Shown: one piece after another, positions 59,923-64,000 of the stretch
Layout of the letters: each line of letters opens with the position of its first letter
Numbering within the stretch: the stretch's first letter is position 1
Assembly: GCF_009914755.1 (NCBI RefSeq)
Contig: NC_060940.1
Length of the DNA: 64,000 bases
Strand: one strand, 5' to 3'
DNA from: the human T2T-CHM13v2.0 reference genome, Homo sapiens
The notes under the pieces: model-generated
What the model was told of the DNA's origin: nothing
Seen by the model: only the letters and a program-made list of their open reading frames with translations
The model's database searches: none
Program-made: the position numbers and the translations under genes

Positions 59923-61019
59923 TGTGGGAACAGCTCTTCTCCCAGATGTTAATAGAACAACCTGCACAACCTGGATTTTTTTTTTATACAATACTGAGCC
60001 ATTTGCTGCATTTCTTTTTATATTAAATATGTGAGTGACAATAAAACAATTTTGACTTGAATCTTACTCTGTTCTTCTTTGTGTGCCTTGGAAAAAATGG
60101 ACTGGGGTGGAGGTTAAACCGCAAGCTTAGAGACCAGGCTCTGGATGGAAATGTGAGTCACTAATAATGTGAACACCTTCAGGCCAGTCAGGTTACCTCA
60201 CTGAGTTCACACTTCTGTGAAATGGTACTGCACTTTGCCACACCATATGGGTGGGGACCATACATGATCGCTTCCAGTCTCATGCCAAACGTGGCACAGA
60301 AACTTCATTCCTTATTTTTATTTTCTGATTTTCCTCCACAACTTGAGATCCACATTGGATTTTAGGCTTAAAAGTGGCTATAGTGCTGGAACCCAACTTC
60401 TTAGTTTCTTGAATCCTACATGTGTGCTATGATTTAGATATTTTGTCACTGCCAAATCTCATGTTGAAATGTGTCCTCCACTATTGCAGGTGGGGCCTAG
60501 AGGGAGCTTTTGGGGTCATGAGGACACATCCCTAAAGAATGACTTGGTGCCATCCCATGGTAAAGAGTGTGTTCATCCTCTGGTAGGTCACTCCAGTGGT
60601 GGCTGTGAATGAAAGTGATTAGAAAGGGACTGGTATAGACTCAATGTTATGCCTTAGTCAGGTGTACTTTAGGGAAATAACTGGATGTCTTGCTTTTTAA
60701 TTTTATTTTTTTAGAGAAGTTGACTTGCTATGTGGACTAGGCAGGACTGGAAGTCCTGGGCTCAAGTGATGCTCCCGCCTCAGCCTCCTAAGTAGCTTGG
60801 ACTACAGCTTCCCGCCACCTCCCCCATCTTGCTTTTTAGTTTAAAGCAGGGTCAGCACATCACATGAAGTCATCTCCTTTTTGGGGATATCCCACATGTC
60901 CAGAACTACCAGACGGTAGTGGGGTGGCCGGCTAGGCTGTGGGGAGCACGGAGATTTATTTGCAAAGGAGGACCTGGACAAATGTGCCCCCACATCCTCT
61001 CAGGCGAGGAGAATGGACG

Positions 61020-61718
61020 AGAGTGAGAGGCCGACCCGTGTTCCCGTGTTACTGTGTACGGAGTAGTGGGTCCGAGGGACCTAGGTGTGGACAGGGACAG
61101 GCAAGGCGACAGCGAGGAGAAACGAAAATCACATCGGTGGCGGTTGCTCTGCACACAACTCGCTCGCTACCGCACGCTCCACGCTCTGCACTACGCCGAT
61201 CCGGGGACAGGAGCAGGAGGCTGTGGCTGCACTCAGACTTCGGGACAGGCCGAGCTGAAAACCGTGAGAGGGGTGGGGTGGAGGCGACCGAAACGCCAAG
61301 GCTGGGTTCCCGGAACGCGCGGGGACTAGGGTGGAAGGCAACTTCGGGGAAACTGGGAAAGGCGACCGGGACCTCGGGGACGCCCCGTACCCCGGGCGTA
61401 AACTCACTCCCGCGTTAGCGGGCGCCAAAGCGGGGAGGGGGTGGTCCCGTGGTCCGCACCCAGGGGAGCTCAGTGGACTGTGCGCCTTGCCTTTCTGCTG
61501 CGCAAAGCCCAGTCCAGGTCATCACCTCGGGCGGGGCGGACTCGGCTGGGCGGACTCAGCGGGGCGGGCGCAGGCGCAGGGCGGGTCCTTTGCGTCCGGC
61601 CCTCTTTCCCCTGACCATAAAAGCAGCCGCTGGCTGCTGGGCCCTACCAAGCCTTCCACGTGCGCCTTATAGCCTCTCAACTTCTTGCTTGGGATCTCCA
61701 ACCTCACCGCGGCTCGAA
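61020..61718 (+). promoter_or_regulatory. MT1A: MT1A CpG-island promoter
   Basis: MRE cores at 61150, 61228, 61566 (reverse); several GC boxes; CATAAAA 61616-61622; TTCCCGGAA 61307-61315. Confidence 0.85.
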
Positions 61719-62932
<1,214 letters not shown>

Positions 62933-64000
62933 TGTCCGGACAGCCCTGCTCGAAGATATAGAAAGAGTGACCTGCACAAACTTGGAATTTTTTTTCCATA
63001 CAACCCTGACCCATTTACTGTATTTTTTTTAATGAAATATGTGAATGATAATAAAAGTTGCTGACTTAATGCTGGCTCTGGTTTTCTTTGTGTGCCTTGG
63101 AAATAAGGGACCCCATACCCAACAGAGCTGGGATGGTGGATTGCATTGAGAGTCCAGAGACCTGGGTGCTGGGACCTTGTGCTATTATCTTACACACTGA
63201 GTGCCTTAAGGCAAATCAGGTACCTGCCTCAGGTCAGTTTCTTAAATAAAAATGTAAGAGCGTGATGACAGATGATATAATGCCACAGGAATCTGTCACA
63301 GACTTAAGCTTTGGTAAGATAAAATCTATTAGTATGACAAAAAAAAACACCAAATCCATTTTTTATATTGAACAGGACAATTTCAGTAAATATATGGAAG
63401 ACAAGATAGGAAAAATAAAATTACACTACACATTTGTTCTAGGATGTATATTTCAGACTGGAAACAGTTCACAGACTGGCCCCAGTATGTGGGTCACACA
63501 CCTTCAACACCACCAGCCAGGACATCCCCACATGGAACCATCAGTCTTGGCCTGTCCAGGGTCACTGATGTGACTCTTGGTATCTCTGAGAGCTCCATGT
63601 TGTGACTTGTCTCTGAATCTTCGGAAGTTTCTCCCTAGGTCATGCTGAAATCCGTTCCTCCTTCAAGTCCAGCCCTTGGTTAATTCAGGCAAGCAAAGTG
63701 ACTGGGGGAGTGGAGGAAATTACCCAGGATCCTCCCAGCAAGCTGGAGTACAGAGAAGGATTAGTTCCAGATGAAGTACTTTGAGTCCGCCTATGCGGAG
63801 GTGATGGCATATTATGCAGTTTCTAAAGTGTGGTGGTTTCATTAGGAAGGAGTAGGGGGCCCCAGGTAACTTGTAATTAATGGCAGCAATTAGTTCCTCT
63901 GGCTATTTGTTGCGGGAATTGCTATCTGATGTTCAAAGAAGAAAAGGGGTCAAGCGGGCCAGGAATCAGGACCATGCTGGCCTGCAGGTACTCCTTTTGA

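Overview
Human (primate) genomic DNA from the metallothionein cluster (chr16q13 by gene content and order). Seven three-exon MT loci lie in tandem on the + strand: MT3, MT2A, MT1L (UGA at Cys26), MT1E, MT1M, MT1JP (Cys5Tyr, UGA at Cys41) and MT1A. Each has a CpG-island promoter with MRE cores, GT-AG introns and an AATAAA signal. The spacers are mostly Alu, L1, MaLR/ERVL LTRs, DNA transposons and microsatellites. I found no evidence for a wholly new gene system. The most interesting signals are structural: (1) MT1M and MT1JP look like anti-Lepore-type hybrids, with an MT1A-type 5' end and an MT1E-type body; (2) both pseudogenes are broken by an NMD-escaping UGA at a Cys codon; (3) two ~330-350 bp non-tandem templated duplications, one bracketing MT2A; (4) a probable unannotated 3'UTR retrocopy inside an MLT1 LTR; (5) serial Alu insertions into one target site; (6) paralog-specific TATA, MRE and GAS turnover. 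Repeat boundaries and subfamily names were read by eye and are approximate.
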